Assembly (NCBI GenBank): GCA_041914905.1
Contig: JAYSCL010000001.1
Coordinates: 43,917 to 107,916, forward strand
Direction of reading: 5' to 3'
Origin: Enterobacterales bacterium
Lineage (GTDB): Bacteria; Pseudomonadota; Gammaproteobacteria; Enterobacterales; Permianibacteraceae
Length of the DNA: 64,000 nt
The notes under the pieces were generated by a model. That model ran no database searches, had not been told where the DNA came from, and saw only the letters and a list, made by a program, of their open reading frames with translations. Shown here in pieces: positions 9,887 to 19,135 of this stretch. A program made the translations under genes and the position numbers. How positions within the stretch are numbered: position 1 is the stretch's first letter; each line of letters opens with the position of its first letter.

Positions 9887-12475
9887 TCAAACCCCCAAAC
9901 CAAAGCGGTACAGTGCCGTCATGATGTCGAAGAGCGGTTGTTGTGCGTTGAGCGTGCCATTGTTGCGATCGATCTGTTCAACCGAGTCTTGATTGAACAA
10001 CAGCACAAAACCAACCTGAGTAAACGGGTTATAGAACATCCAGGCGGTGGTGCCGATATCGCCACCGGTGTGGCCGTAAAACGAACCGATTTGCAACCAA
10101 AACAGACCTTGTTTTTCATGCGGACTCAGCGCCGTTTGTGATGACAGCAAGGCATCCACACTGGCCTTTGATAACACGCGCACACCATTTAATTCACCGC
10201 CGTGCATGATCGCATTTAAGTAATGCGCGACATCGTGAGCACTGGACCATAAACCACCGGAATAAATATCGGGATAACGATAGTGCGGCACCGGTAACGC
10301 CGGTTCTGTTGTGGTTTCACTCAGTAATCGTGTGTACAAGCGCGCCGGCGTTATCGCGGTTAATTGTTCGCGCGACCAAGCGGTGTTGTGCATCGCGAGC
10401 GGTTCAAACAATTGCTGCGTCATGCTGCTGGCCAATGGCACGCCGGTTTGCGTTTCAATCGCGTAACCCGCCAACGCACTGGCGGTATTGCTGTACGCCC
10501 ATTGTTGACCGGGTGCTGCGATAAAGTGATTGCTGTTATAGATCTGACCGGCTTGCGATAGATACGCATTTAAGAAAACTGGCAGTGTGGTGATGGGGGC
10601 TTGTGTGCACGGATTGTTGTCAGGCATTAAGGCGGCATACAGTGATGAACCATCGGCTTCGAGAAAGTATTGGCAAGCATAAAGAGTCGGATCATCAACA
10701 ATGCCGGAAGTGTGCGTGGCTAAATCACGCAGGCTCGGTTGGCGGTGACTGGCAAACGGATTGTCGATGAACAGATCCATCCGCGCACTCGACAACGGCG
10801 CATCCAAATCAAGTGCCGCCGATTCAACCCATTGCATCATGTGTGTGCCAATAAATGTTTTGCTGATCGACGCCAAACTCATCGGTGTATTCGCTGTCAT
10901 TGCGATCTGATTTTCAACATCGGCCAAACCAAAACCGTCTTCAAATACCGTGGCATTGTCGCGAATCACCGCGACTGAAAACCCGCTGATATTTGCCGAA
11001 CGACGCAGCTGTTCCAATGTGTCTCGCAACACCTCAGCGTCAGCCTTCGTTGGTGTTGTGTTCAGCTGTTGCGCCGCTGACGCCAGTGGTGTTGATACAC
11101 CGGTTTGCAGATCAAAACTGGCATACGCGGGCATGATGCGTTGCGGCTGTACGCCATCACCTTCCGGCATTTGATCGTGGCTGTCGGTGTAGATTTCATT
11201 CGACAAAGCGAAGATACCGCCATTGGGTAAACTGACCGTCAACACATCGGAAAAAATGCCCTGTGTGGCCTCGCCAATCACCGTTGTTTGCGGCAATGCT
11301 TGCAAGGCCAGCGTCATTACTTCGGCGGCTGAAGCAGTGCTGCCACCGATCAACACATACACCGGTTTTATGTACGGCGACGAACTCGCCGCCAGCACAA
11401 TGTTTTCGGTAACGGGATTTTCGCGCGTGTGACTGCGTGCAATAATTTTTTGCTGCGCATTAAAATAACTCGCGATACGCAAACCGACTTGATCGGCACC
11501 ACCAAAGTTAAATCGCAGATCAATGATGAGCGCTTTTGTTGACGCCAACGAGCGTTGGATCTGCGGCATCACTTCATCAACGTAATTCAAATCATCGTTT
11601 AGCCCCCTCAAACTTTGCAGCCAATTGAACTCGTTAATTTCTGCGCGCAACGACGATAAACGGTGAATGCGCAAATAGCCGATGTCCTGATTTATTTTTC
11701 CCCACACCAGTGCCGGTTCCGCCGTCGCCGTGGCGACACTGGTTTGTCGACTCTCTGGCAACAGAAAACGATCGGCGCTGTCTTTGTGCAATTGGGTGAA
11801 TTGCTCAAAGCTGCTCAGGGAATCGGGTAAAAAATAGGGATTTTTTGGCCACTCTTTTTGCAACCCTTTGATCTGGGCTGAACCAAAAGACACACTGGCA
11901 CGGTCAAGACTAAAAGCGACATGCGCATCCGGAAACGCGCTGATGATGTCGTCATAAATGGCAGCAACCTCGTCCGGTGTTTTGGCGGCAACAATGCGTG
12001 GCCGCTGCGTTTCAAAGATCGACGCCCAGTCGATGCCGTGACGCGAAAAAAAAGCGTAATGGTCATTCATGGTTTGCCAGAAAAAATCAAAATTGACGGC
12101 GTTGTCGCGGTTACCATTCAAGGGCTGCACACAACTGGCGGGCAGCTGGTACAAGCGTGTCAGCCGATAGGGTTTGGCGGCCAATCCCGTCACCGTCATC
12201 TCATCCTTGCTGACGGTCGTCATAAACTGTTTGCTGCGATACAGCTCAGCCAATGGTTCGGTAGTTTCCTGCACACAACCGACCGCGTTGCGGCTAAAAA
12301 CCGTCAGCTGTTTGTTGTCGAACTGCCAGATGCGTCCGTAGCCTTTTTGTTCCCACACGCCGTCACGTGACTCGTGCTTGCTGTCGTCGACATGACAAGC
12401 GCTCAAGCCAGTGATGACGGCGAGCACACACGATAACTGTTGTACCGTTTTCTCTTTGAAAACCCATTTCTTCAT
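9887..12475 (-). CDS. Lipoprotein fusing an S41 (tail-specific/C-terminal processing) peptidase domain to a serine beta-lactamase-like (PBP/class C-like) hydrolase domain.
   Basis: The lipobox is LSAC. An S41-like block reads KALIIDLRFNFGGADQVGLRIASYF. The C-terminal half carries an S-x-x-K motif (ASISKTF) and a beta-lactamase-family layout. Confidence 0.55.
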   Translation of the reverse strand: MKKWVFKEKTVQQLSCVLAVITGLSACHVDDSKHESRDGVWEQKGYGRIWQFDNKQLTVFSRNAVGCVQETTEPLAELYRSKQFMTTVSKDEMTVTGLAAKPYRLTRLYQLPASCVQPLNGNRDNAVNFDFFWQTMNDHYAFFSRHGIDWASIFETQRPRIVAAKTPDEVAAIYDDIISAFPDAHVAFSLDRASVSFGSAQIKGLQKEWPKNPYFLPDSLSSFEQFTQLHKDSADRFLLPESRQTSVATATAEPALVWGKINQDIGYLRIHRLSSLRAEINEFNWLQSLRGLNDDLNYVDEVMPQIQRSLASTKALIIDLRFNFGGADQVGLRIASYFNAQQKIIARSHTRENPVTENIVLAASSSPYIKPVYVLIGGSTASAAEVMTLALQALPQTTVIGEATQGIFSDVLTVSLPNGGIFALSNEIYTDSHDQMPEGDGVQPQRIMPAYASFDLQTGVSTPLASAAQQLNTTPTKADAEVLRDTLEQLRRSANISGFSVAVIRDNATVFEDGFGLADVENQIAMTANTPMSLASISKTFIGTHMMQWVESAALDLDAPLSSARMDLFIDNPFASHRQPSLRDLATHTSGIVDDPTLYACQYFLEADGSSLYAALMPDNNPCTQAPITTLPVFLNAYLSQAGQIYNSNHFIAAPGQQWAYSNTASALAGYAIETQTGVPLASSMTQQLFEPLAMHNTAWSREQLTAITPARLYTRLLSETTTEPALPVPHYRYPDIYSGGLWSSAHDVAHYLNAIMHGGELNGVRVLSKASVDALLSSQTALSPHEKQGLFWLQIGSFYGHTGGDIGTTAWMFYNPFTQVGFVLLFNQDSVEQIDRNNGTLNAQQPLFDIMTALYRFGLGV

Positions 12476-12661
12476 CGCTGTATTCCCCCTTGCTCAGATT
12501 GGTCTTAAGGGGAGAGCTTGCGTGATGGTTGGGTGCGATGCGTCCGCGTTGATGGGTCAGCACGTTTAGGGTGTCCGAGAACATCGGCCGCCGGGCCAAT
12601 AGGACGTCAACACGGCCTGTGACGATGTCGCTTTATCCACAACGGAAGAAAGGAAAAACGC

Positions 12662-13399
12662 TTATTTTTGTTTTGATTGTTGCCGAATGTCGGCGATCTG
12701 CTGCCAAATGGCTTCAGCGACACTTTGCTGCTGCTGATAAAAGGACTTGGAAAACGCCAAATAGTAATGTTCGTGATCGAGCGGTTCGGCCAATGCTTCA
12801 ATTTTGTCGGAATATTCACGCTGTACCAATTCGAGTAAATCATCTCCGCCGGCGATGAGATCAAGACGCTTTGCGATCAGTCGCTGCGCCAAGGAACGGA
12901 TATCACGCGAATTGTCATCCGGTGTACCACCAAACTTGGCAACGGACAGGCTGTTGACTTGATAGGCGTAGAGGATGCCGACCGGCGTTTTCAATTCAAT
13001 AAAACGTCCGTCGCGTAAATCGACGGCACTGCCTCTGCGCCGAAACAGCGTCGTGCGCACACGGCCCAGCGCTTTATCGGTATCGGGAAAGTGACCCCGC
13101 ATCGGAAACACGGCGACACTGATATTGATTGCCGCAAAGCCAGCGCCAGCGATCGCTTGCACCTTATTTTGATCAACCCATTTTTGACATTCACGCCATG
13201 AGGCAAACACTTCGGTCACTGACAGGTTCATTTTCGCTGCCACCGCGTACATCAGCTGTTGTCCCGGTGCTGGCCGCGATTTATCCGGATGGGTCAGTGG
13301 TCGAAATTCTTTGTTCTCGCTGCAGATCGTGATCGGTTCTGCCGCTGCCCAAACGCAGCAGCCCATTGGCCAAAGCAGGCACAACCAGCGAATCATGAT
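12662..13399 (-). CDS. Periplasmic solute-binding protein, family 3-like.
   Basis: It has a signal peptide MIRWLCLLWPMGCCVWAAA. The length of ~245 aa and the overall pattern fit SBP_bac_3. Confidence 0.45.
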   Translation of the reverse strand: MMIRWLCLLWPMGCCVWAAAEPITICSENKEFRPLTHPDKSRPAPGQQLMYAVAAKMNLSVTEVFASWRECQKWVDQNKVQAIAGAGFAAINISVAVFPMRGHFPDTDKALGRVRTTLFRRRGSAVDLRDGRFIELKTPVGILYAYQVNSLSVAKFGGTPDDNSRDIRSLAQRLIAKRLDLIAGGDDLLELVQREYSDKIEALAEPLDHEHYYLAFSKSFYQQQQSVAEAIWQQIADIRQQSKQK

Positions 13400-13487
13400 C
13401 TTCTCCGAAGAGACAATGCCATCGTCGACACGATGAAGTGTAATCAAGAATTGGCACAAGTTTGAACAGGACAACAAATTCACCGGC

Positions 13488-13532
13488 AAACAAAAGCCCC
13501 AATCGCCCTGCCGCCGATCGGGGCTTTCAACA
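13488..13532 (-). terminator. Rho-independent terminator downstream of the PAE-family esterase gene.
   Basis: On the minus strand, an AGCCCCGATCGGCGGCAGGGCGATTGGGGCT hairpin is followed by TTTGTTTG. Confidence 0.5.
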
Positions 13533-13540
13533 ATCAAGTT

Positions 13541-14824
13541 TTAGCGAGGCAACGCGTTCACCAGATCGAGCCAGACGCTGCTAACGTCTTTGTCGTAGCT
13601 GTTCGGCGCCTCTTCACGGCGTGTCACACTGCCACCATCAAGCATGTCGTTGATGAAATGGCCGACATTCACGGCGTCGGTCTGGATCTCGGTGCCGGTC
13701 CATTCAACGATGGTCGTGCAATGCGATTCATTGACGTTGCGCAAGTAAGGCACGTAATACGCCAGATTGGCGCGCGTGTTGTATTGCGCGATCATTTTCT
13801 GGATGTCTTGATTCCACAGCACGCTGATCTGCTCTTTTTGCGCCGGATCGTTTTCGTCGAGATTAAAAAAGCGCGCATAACTGTACGCCGAATAATTGCC
13901 ATCACGCTTGAACAGCGCCAATGCCAGCTTGTCATTGGGCCAACGATCGGCCAGTGCCGTGTTAAGGCGACCAAAATCGATGTGCTGCATATCCGGAAAC
14001 TCGTTCGGAAATTCGACCTGGTATTTGGCCAGCACATAATCCAAGTTCCAAGCCGAGCGGATCTTGTCATGCAGTGGTTTCTGATTGCTATCAGACGGGA
14101 AGATCGGGCCGGAATCGTTCAATAAATAGCTCTTGGCCGGGTTCAGGGCTTTACGAATAAAGTGATAGTTGATCAAAGATCCGGTGCCACCGGCGCTGCA
14201 GCCACTGACCATCATCTCTTTCGGCGTGTTGAAGTTGTTTTTCAGCCAGTTCACGACCAATTCCATGTTTTTGGCACCAACATGGCGGTAAGTGATCGAT
14301 TTTGTCGCATCATTCGGATCGGTATAGGTCGCCACTGTGTTACCGGCATACACATCGCCGGTGCAATACGGTAAAAACACCTTGTTCCACGACGATGTCA
14401 CCACGTTCTTACCTGATGGGTGATTTTTAAGGATGATCGGCGAAATGATCGCATTAACACTGCCACCCGGAATATTCGGGTCAAGCGCTGCCGCCACATT
14501 CATATGATTGTCCGGAATACCGTTCGGATTGGCCGCCCCGCGTATACCGGTTTGGCCGGTGCAGGACGCGTAATCCCAACAGGCGCCACCCGGTTCCATA
14601 TAAACCGTTAAACGGCGATTGTTGCCAAGCAAGTAGTCGATAAACGTGTTCGCGCGATCGACGAAGATCTTGTATTGCGAACCGTCGCTGCAATAGGCGC
14701 CCGGAATGGGCACGACATCGTATTCGCCCCAAATCGCGCCGGTGATGTCGTCAAGCAGGTTTGCGCTGGCCGTACCGTTAAACCCGGCCATCACCGCCGC
14801 ACCAATTAATGTGCGCTTTTTCAT
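13541..14824 (-). CDS. Secreted alpha/beta-hydrolase of the pectin-acetylesterase (PAE/Notum) family.
   Basis: It has a signal peptide. The block EPGGACWDYASC resembles the PAE GGGWC motif. GCSAGG matches the PAE catalytic-serine motif. Confidence 0.5.
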   Translation of the reverse strand: MKKRTLIGAAVMAGFNGTASANLLDDITGAIWGEYDVVPIPGAYCSDGSQYKIFVDRANTFIDYLLGNNRRLTVYMEPGGACWDYASCTGQTGIRGAANPNGIPDNHMNVAAALDPNIPGGSVNAIISPIILKNHPSGKNVVTSSWNKVFLPYCTGDVYAGNTVATYTDPNDATKSITYRHVGAKNMELVVNWLKNNFNTPKEMMVSGCSAGGTGSLINYHFIRKALNPAKSYLLNDSGPIFPSDSNQKPLHDKIRSAWNLDYVLAKYQVEFPNEFPDMQHIDFGRLNTALADRWPNDKLALALFKRDGNYSAYSYARFFNLDENDPAQKEQISVLWNQDIQKMIAQYNTRANLAYYVPYLRNVNESHCTTIVEWTGTEIQTDAVNVGHFINDMLDGGSVTRREEAPNSYDKDVSSVWLDLVNALPR

Positions 14825-15178
14825 TGTGTCGTCTCCGTAAGTGAGTAGGTACTAACGACACAAAAGCGCCACACCAAAACGAAACAAACCATTGCTCGCC
14901 GCTTTTTTGCCGTCAGCTCAAATTCGGAAGTGTCTTCGCGCCGTCAAAGCAATATTCACTTCCGACAACGGCGGCGCACAACGGTACAGGCGTACTAATT
15001 AGGCCGAAAATGCACCGATGTCAAATCGAATGTGCTCACTTTTTTGCAGAGACTCTTTCAACATTAAATGGCGCTATGCGGCGGGGTAAGTCTGTCTGGA
15101 AGGCGCTCGTGACACGAGCGCCAGAGCAACGCAATCGACATGGAAACAAGCACGATTTTGGCCATCGTTAACGGCTGA

Positions 15179-15454
15179 TCACGGGCATTTCAGTTTGGGC
15201 AGTTCGCGAAAACCTGGATGCTCATTACAACGCCCGTTCCACGCCTCGATCATGATATTGATGGCCTGGCATTGTTGCGGATTTGGCGAGGCTTGATAGT
15301 GCACCAAATGTGCCGTGATCAAATTCAAGCTACCAATACATTCCTGAATGGCTCGCGCACGTTCGTTGTCACGTGCAATGGCGTTGATTTTGGCGGCAAG
15401 CACCATGGCTGCGATACAAATAAGCGCACCTAAAAGTATAACTTCGATAAGCAT
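15179..15454 (-). CDS. Small hydrophobic protein, hypothetical.
   Basis: A 91-aa ORF with an N-terminal TM helix lies in otherwise non-coding DNA just left of the repeat element. Confidence 0.3.
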   Translation of the reverse strand: MLIEVILLGALICIAAMVLAAKINAIARDNERARAIQECIGSLNLITAHLVHYQASPNPQQCQAINIMIEAWNGRCNEHPGFRELPKLKCP

Positions 15455-15565
15455 ATTGGCATTCTCCGTTGCGGTAATGGAGATGTCATTTTAGTTGCTG
15501 TTTTAGATGTGAGGGGGCTCACTCACTGATGGGGTGTGGATAAGATATCTGCAACTATGTGGTTG

Positions 15566-15835
15566 ATAAATAAGAGAAAGGCCCTTTCGGGCCTTTTCAT
15601 TTAGACGTCTATTTCCATTAATTGTGAGATTTATTTCCACTTTCTGTGAGATCCCACAACACTTGTGGGATCTCATTAAACATGAAAACTCTGCATCGTT
15701 GATTTTAAAGGGGATTTTCATTTAATGTGAGATTTTCAGGTGTTTGTTTTTCTCACAGTACATGGAAATTTCTCCCTAAATCTCACAATTAGTGAAAAAG
15801 CAGCTTTCGTTTTCATATTCACACAACCACCGACC
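15566..15835. repeat. MITE-like repeat element, full copy, at the left boundary of the island.
   Basis: The first ~95 bp are near-identical to 47012-47110. It contains a terminator-like hairpin GGCCCTTTCGGGCCTTTT. A perfect palindrome ATGAGATCCCACAAGTGTTGTGGGATCTCA is visible on the minus strand. Inverted copies of AATTGTGAGAT(T) lie near both ends (15620 vs 15782) as candidate TIRs. Confidence 0.55.
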
Positions 15836-15842
15836 GCTAGTA

Positions 15843-18020
15843 TCAAACAATTTGTGCTTCTGTATTCGTATCGCCGAGTAGGTTTCGATACTGCAGTTGC
15901 ATATAATTCACGCGAATAATTCTCTCGACAGATTGTGGCAAATCGCGTTTCAGCTTGCGAAATTCGACGAAACCCATTTGAGCTATTTTTTCAATATGAG
16001 CATCCAGCTGCGCAAGCGGTTGGTGTGATAGTTCCACAGACAAACCGCGTTCAGCCGTCTTTAGAAGCACCGATCGCAAGGCTTCAAATGGCAGAAGAAG
16101 AGTCGTTGATTGAGACGATGATCCGTTTTGATTAGATTTCGGCTTTAAACGCTTCAGCTTCTGCAGCGACTGCGCAACAAGCCCGATAGCGGGTGTCGAA
16201 TCAAAATGCAAAACGTCCACTGCATTGGCGCGATCGGGATAGATCAAACTCAGCGGCTCAGCACTAAACTCGGCACCGTACCGACGAATTTTCGCAATCA
16301 AAACCGTGCCATTTACCAAGTCCCCCGCGGACAAGTTTTCGATGCGTTCAATCGCGTGTTCGTTATCTTCGGAGTAAGGAATGTCGACGTTTAATTGCTC
16401 GCCCTGTTCGTCATACAAAGGCCAAATCAGTTTTTGCCGAATCGAATCAAATTGCGCATCACCAAATCGTGCTGGACGCAGCGAGACCCAATCTTGCATT
16501 GGCTGCGGCTCTGCTAACACACTCTGACGCGACAATGCATATCGGCCTTTCAATTCACGCCAAGAATTGCAGAGATCTAATTTGTCGATAAACGCTTGCG
16601 CACTCACCACATCGCTTGTTATCGCCGTGGTGTTCTCACTGGTAGAAAGACGGCCATTGGCGCTGAGTTGTGCCGCCATCAGCTGAATTTGTTTACCACA
16701 CATTGCTGCTGGAGATGACGCACCACGCCATGGTCCTGGTGCAGCAAAACGTGCGCGCGGATTAAAGTTACGCTGACTTTCGGGGCGGGCGTCTGTACAG
16801 GCAAAAAAGGCTTTTTCCTTTGGAGACCAGAATATCATTGTTAAACCAACATAGCCCGCTGCCGAACGCCAAGGCATCGCCCCCAAACCAAGCAATTGCA
16901 AAGAATCAACAACATCATATTGATTGCGCGCCTGCCCCGTTAGTGACGTTGATACCATACCCTTTCGCTCAGCCGCCATCAGCGCTTCGACCAGAGCATA
17001 CGCACGAGTCATATCGTCAAATAGGCGAGACTCATCGGCGTCACGTGAGCGCGCAAGCAGTTGCTCTACATGGTCAGCCAGATGACGCAACAATCGTGCT
17101 AAGCGGTAGTAGTCAGCGGCCTGCGCCCATACAGCGAGTGTTGAAAAGCGCTCCCAAACCGCTGACGATAAATGCGATAAACCCAATCGAAGACAATCAA
17201 ACATAAGCTGACGCACAGACTCACATAATCGTTGTCGTGACTGGGTTTGCGAAACATTGTTATCGGCGAGCTCATGATCTTTGCCGAAGTTCAGGCTTTC
17301 GTTGTGTTTCTTACGAGTGGGTTCAGGTACGGCATGAACAACACCGTGTGCAGATTGATAAGCGAGAATGGCGGCGACTTGATACTTTTCTACGCTCGCT
17401 AAATCTGTTTCCGTTATCAACGCTTCGGGGCCACCACCCAAATAACGAAATCCGATCCGACGTCGTGGAAATCGGATCACAATGTAGCGATCAACTAGCA
17501 ATTGCAAGTCGTTTTCCAGCACCAAATCATGCACAAACTGCCAAGCCCATCGATACGCAGCGGTACCAGCATATTTAGTCAGTTCAGCACTGCTCGTTTG
17601 CATCAATTTGGCGTGCAACTCACCCGTTTCTTGATTGTTATAAGCCGAGTGATCGGTGGTGTCCGCTGTTTCGCTAGTAGCTCGTTTATCATCAATTGCT
17701 GCGCGATCGTTTTGAGCGATCGAGGATTCATTTTCTTGGTTGTTTTCACGCTGTAACCAGATCGCGGCTGCAAGAATGTGCTGACAAATTGATGACGACG
17801 GGCAGCTACATACGGCCTGCGCTGGTCCTCGTTTATCAAATTGAATGTCGAAGGATCCGAAAGAAACGATCAGCGCCTCATCGGATTCTTGACGAATTTC
17901 GGCGACAACTGTTTCAAGATCTTTATGGGCTCGGCGTAATAAACCTCGATTCGCCAGTGCGACAAAAGCTTCATCATCATAGCGGCTCAATTGGGCCAAC
18001 AATTGTGCACGCAAACTCAT
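15843..18020 (-). CDS. SWIM zinc-finger protein, fifth gene of the MoxR/VWA operon.
   Basis: A SWIM CxCx(n)CxH motif reads CSCPSSSICQHILAAAIW. Its start overlaps the VWA stop in an ATGA arrangement. Confidence 0.65.
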   Translation of the reverse strand: MSLRAQLLAQLSRYDDEAFVALANRGLLRRAHKDLETVVAEIRQESDEALIVSFGSFDIQFDKRGPAQAVCSCPSSSICQHILAAAIWLQRENNQENESSIAQNDRAAIDDKRATSETADTTDHSAYNNQETGELHAKLMQTSSAELTKYAGTAAYRWAWQFVHDLVLENDLQLLVDRYIVIRFPRRRIGFRYLGGGPEALITETDLASVEKYQVAAILAYQSAHGVVHAVPEPTRKKHNESLNFGKDHELADNNVSQTQSRQRLCESVRQLMFDCLRLGLSHLSSAVWERFSTLAVWAQAADYYRLARLLRHLADHVEQLLARSRDADESRLFDDMTRAYALVEALMAAERKGMVSTSLTGQARNQYDVVDSLQLLGLGAMPWRSAAGYVGLTMIFWSPKEKAFFACTDARPESQRNFNPRARFAAPGPWRGASSPAAMCGKQIQLMAAQLSANGRLSTSENTTAITSDVVSAQAFIDKLDLCNSWRELKGRYALSRQSVLAEPQPMQDWVSLRPARFGDAQFDSIRQKLIWPLYDEQGEQLNVDIPYSEDNEHAIERIENLSAGDLVNGTVLIAKIRRYGAEFSAEPLSLIYPDRANAVDVLHFDSTPAIGLVAQSLQKLKRLKPKSNQNGSSSQSTTLLLPFEALRSVLLKTAERGLSVELSHQPLAQLDAHIEKIAQMGFVEFRKLKRDLPQSVERIIRVNYMQLQYRNLLGDTNTEAQIV

Positions 18021-19135
18021 GACACAACCCTCACCAACCACTGTGCCAAACGCTGCGGTGTTAACGCCGCGATTTCCATACCGCTAGCGGCTAGCCGTTC
18101 GGCCATTTCACGATCATAAAATGGTTGTGATTGCGCATCGAGCGATGCCAGACCAAGCAGTTTGACGCGCGCTTCGGCTAACGCTTTGGTTGCTCGCAGT
18201 AATTCGGCGGGCGATCCACCTTCACAGAAGTCACTGACTAAAACCAAAACAGTTCGATGCGGATTTTCCACCAGCTGGCTGCAATAGCGCATGGCTTGTG
18301 CAATATCGGTTCCGCCACCCAATTGCACTTGCATTAAAATCTCAACCGGATCGTCGGCATAACCAGATAGATCAACAATATTGGTATCGAACACTACGAT
18401 CTTGACGCGGAAAGCCGGCAAAGCCGCAAGAATTCCTGCCATGATCGCGCTGTGTATGACGGAGTCCGCCATGCTGCCACTCTGATCGACACATAAAATA
18501 ATGTCCCAGGGTAGTCGCCGACTATTGCGTTCAAAAAAGCGCAACTGTTCGATCACCAGTTGTTGGCGTTCACGATCATAATTTTTCAAGTTACGACGCA
18601 CCGTACCGCTTGCATCGAAGTTCTGAAGCACCGCCATCGGCGAATGGCGAAACCGATTCAAACGCCCCGACAGTGTTTGCCGTATTTCGGCTTCGAGCTG
18701 ACGCCGGATTTCTGCAACAACTTGCCGAATGATACGTCGTATGGTTGGCAAAACATTGTCATTCAAGTGACCACGCAAAGTCAGCAATGAGCGCAACAAT
18801 TGTTGATTCGGTTCCAGTTTTTCCAGCGTTTGGGGATCGGTTAGCAGCTCGGTCAAACCATAACGATCGAGTGCATGTTTTTCGATGACTTCAATCGTTT
18901 CTTGCGGAAACAACTCGCGCACTTCGGCTAGCCAAGTCACCAATGTCAGCTGCGTTGCATCAAGCGAACCAGGACCCAGTTCTTTGCGTAATCCGCGTGC
19001 GCTGTATTCACGCCCGTAAAGGTATTCTAGTGCCGAGTCCATTCGCCCATGTGCACCGGCTAAAGTGTTTTGATTGAGCAGTTTCTGATTGGCATATTTG
19101 CCAAGAATAAGTCGCCATCTTTCAAGCTGGCTCAT
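18017..19135 (-). CDS. VWA-domain protein with a MIDAS motif.
   Basis: The MIDAS motif is LCVDQSGSMADSV, a DxSxS pattern. Its start overlaps the upstream gene's stop (ATGA). Confidence 0.7.
   Translation of the reverse strand: MSQLERWRLILGKYANQKLLNQNTLAGAHGRMDSALEYLYGREYSARGLRKELGPGSLDATQLTLVTWLAEVRELFPQETIEVIEKHALDRYGLTELLTDPQTLEKLEPNQQLLRSLLTLRGHLNDNVLPTIRRIIRQVVAEIRRQLEAEIRQTLSGRLNRFRHSPMAVLQNFDASGTVRRNLKNYDRERQQLVIEQLRFFERNSRRLPWDIILCVDQSGSMADSVIHSAIMAGILAALPAFRVKIVVFDTNIVDLSGYADDPVEILMQVQLGGGTDIAQAMRYCSQLVENPHRTVLVLVSDFCEGGSPAELLRATKALAEARVKLLGLASLDAQSQPFYDREMAERLAASGMEIAALTPQRLAQWLVRVVS

Noticed and set aside
14825-15178. A possible promoter or sRNA in the 350-bp gap after the PAE-like gene start.
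   Set aside because: No clear hairpins, conserved boxes or ORFs stand out. It is most simply the promoter region of the esterase gene.
15503-15721. A 72-aa ORF inside the left repeat element.
   Set aside because: It lies wholly within the hairpin- and palindrome-rich MITE-like repeat. The same sequence in the right copy is non-coding.
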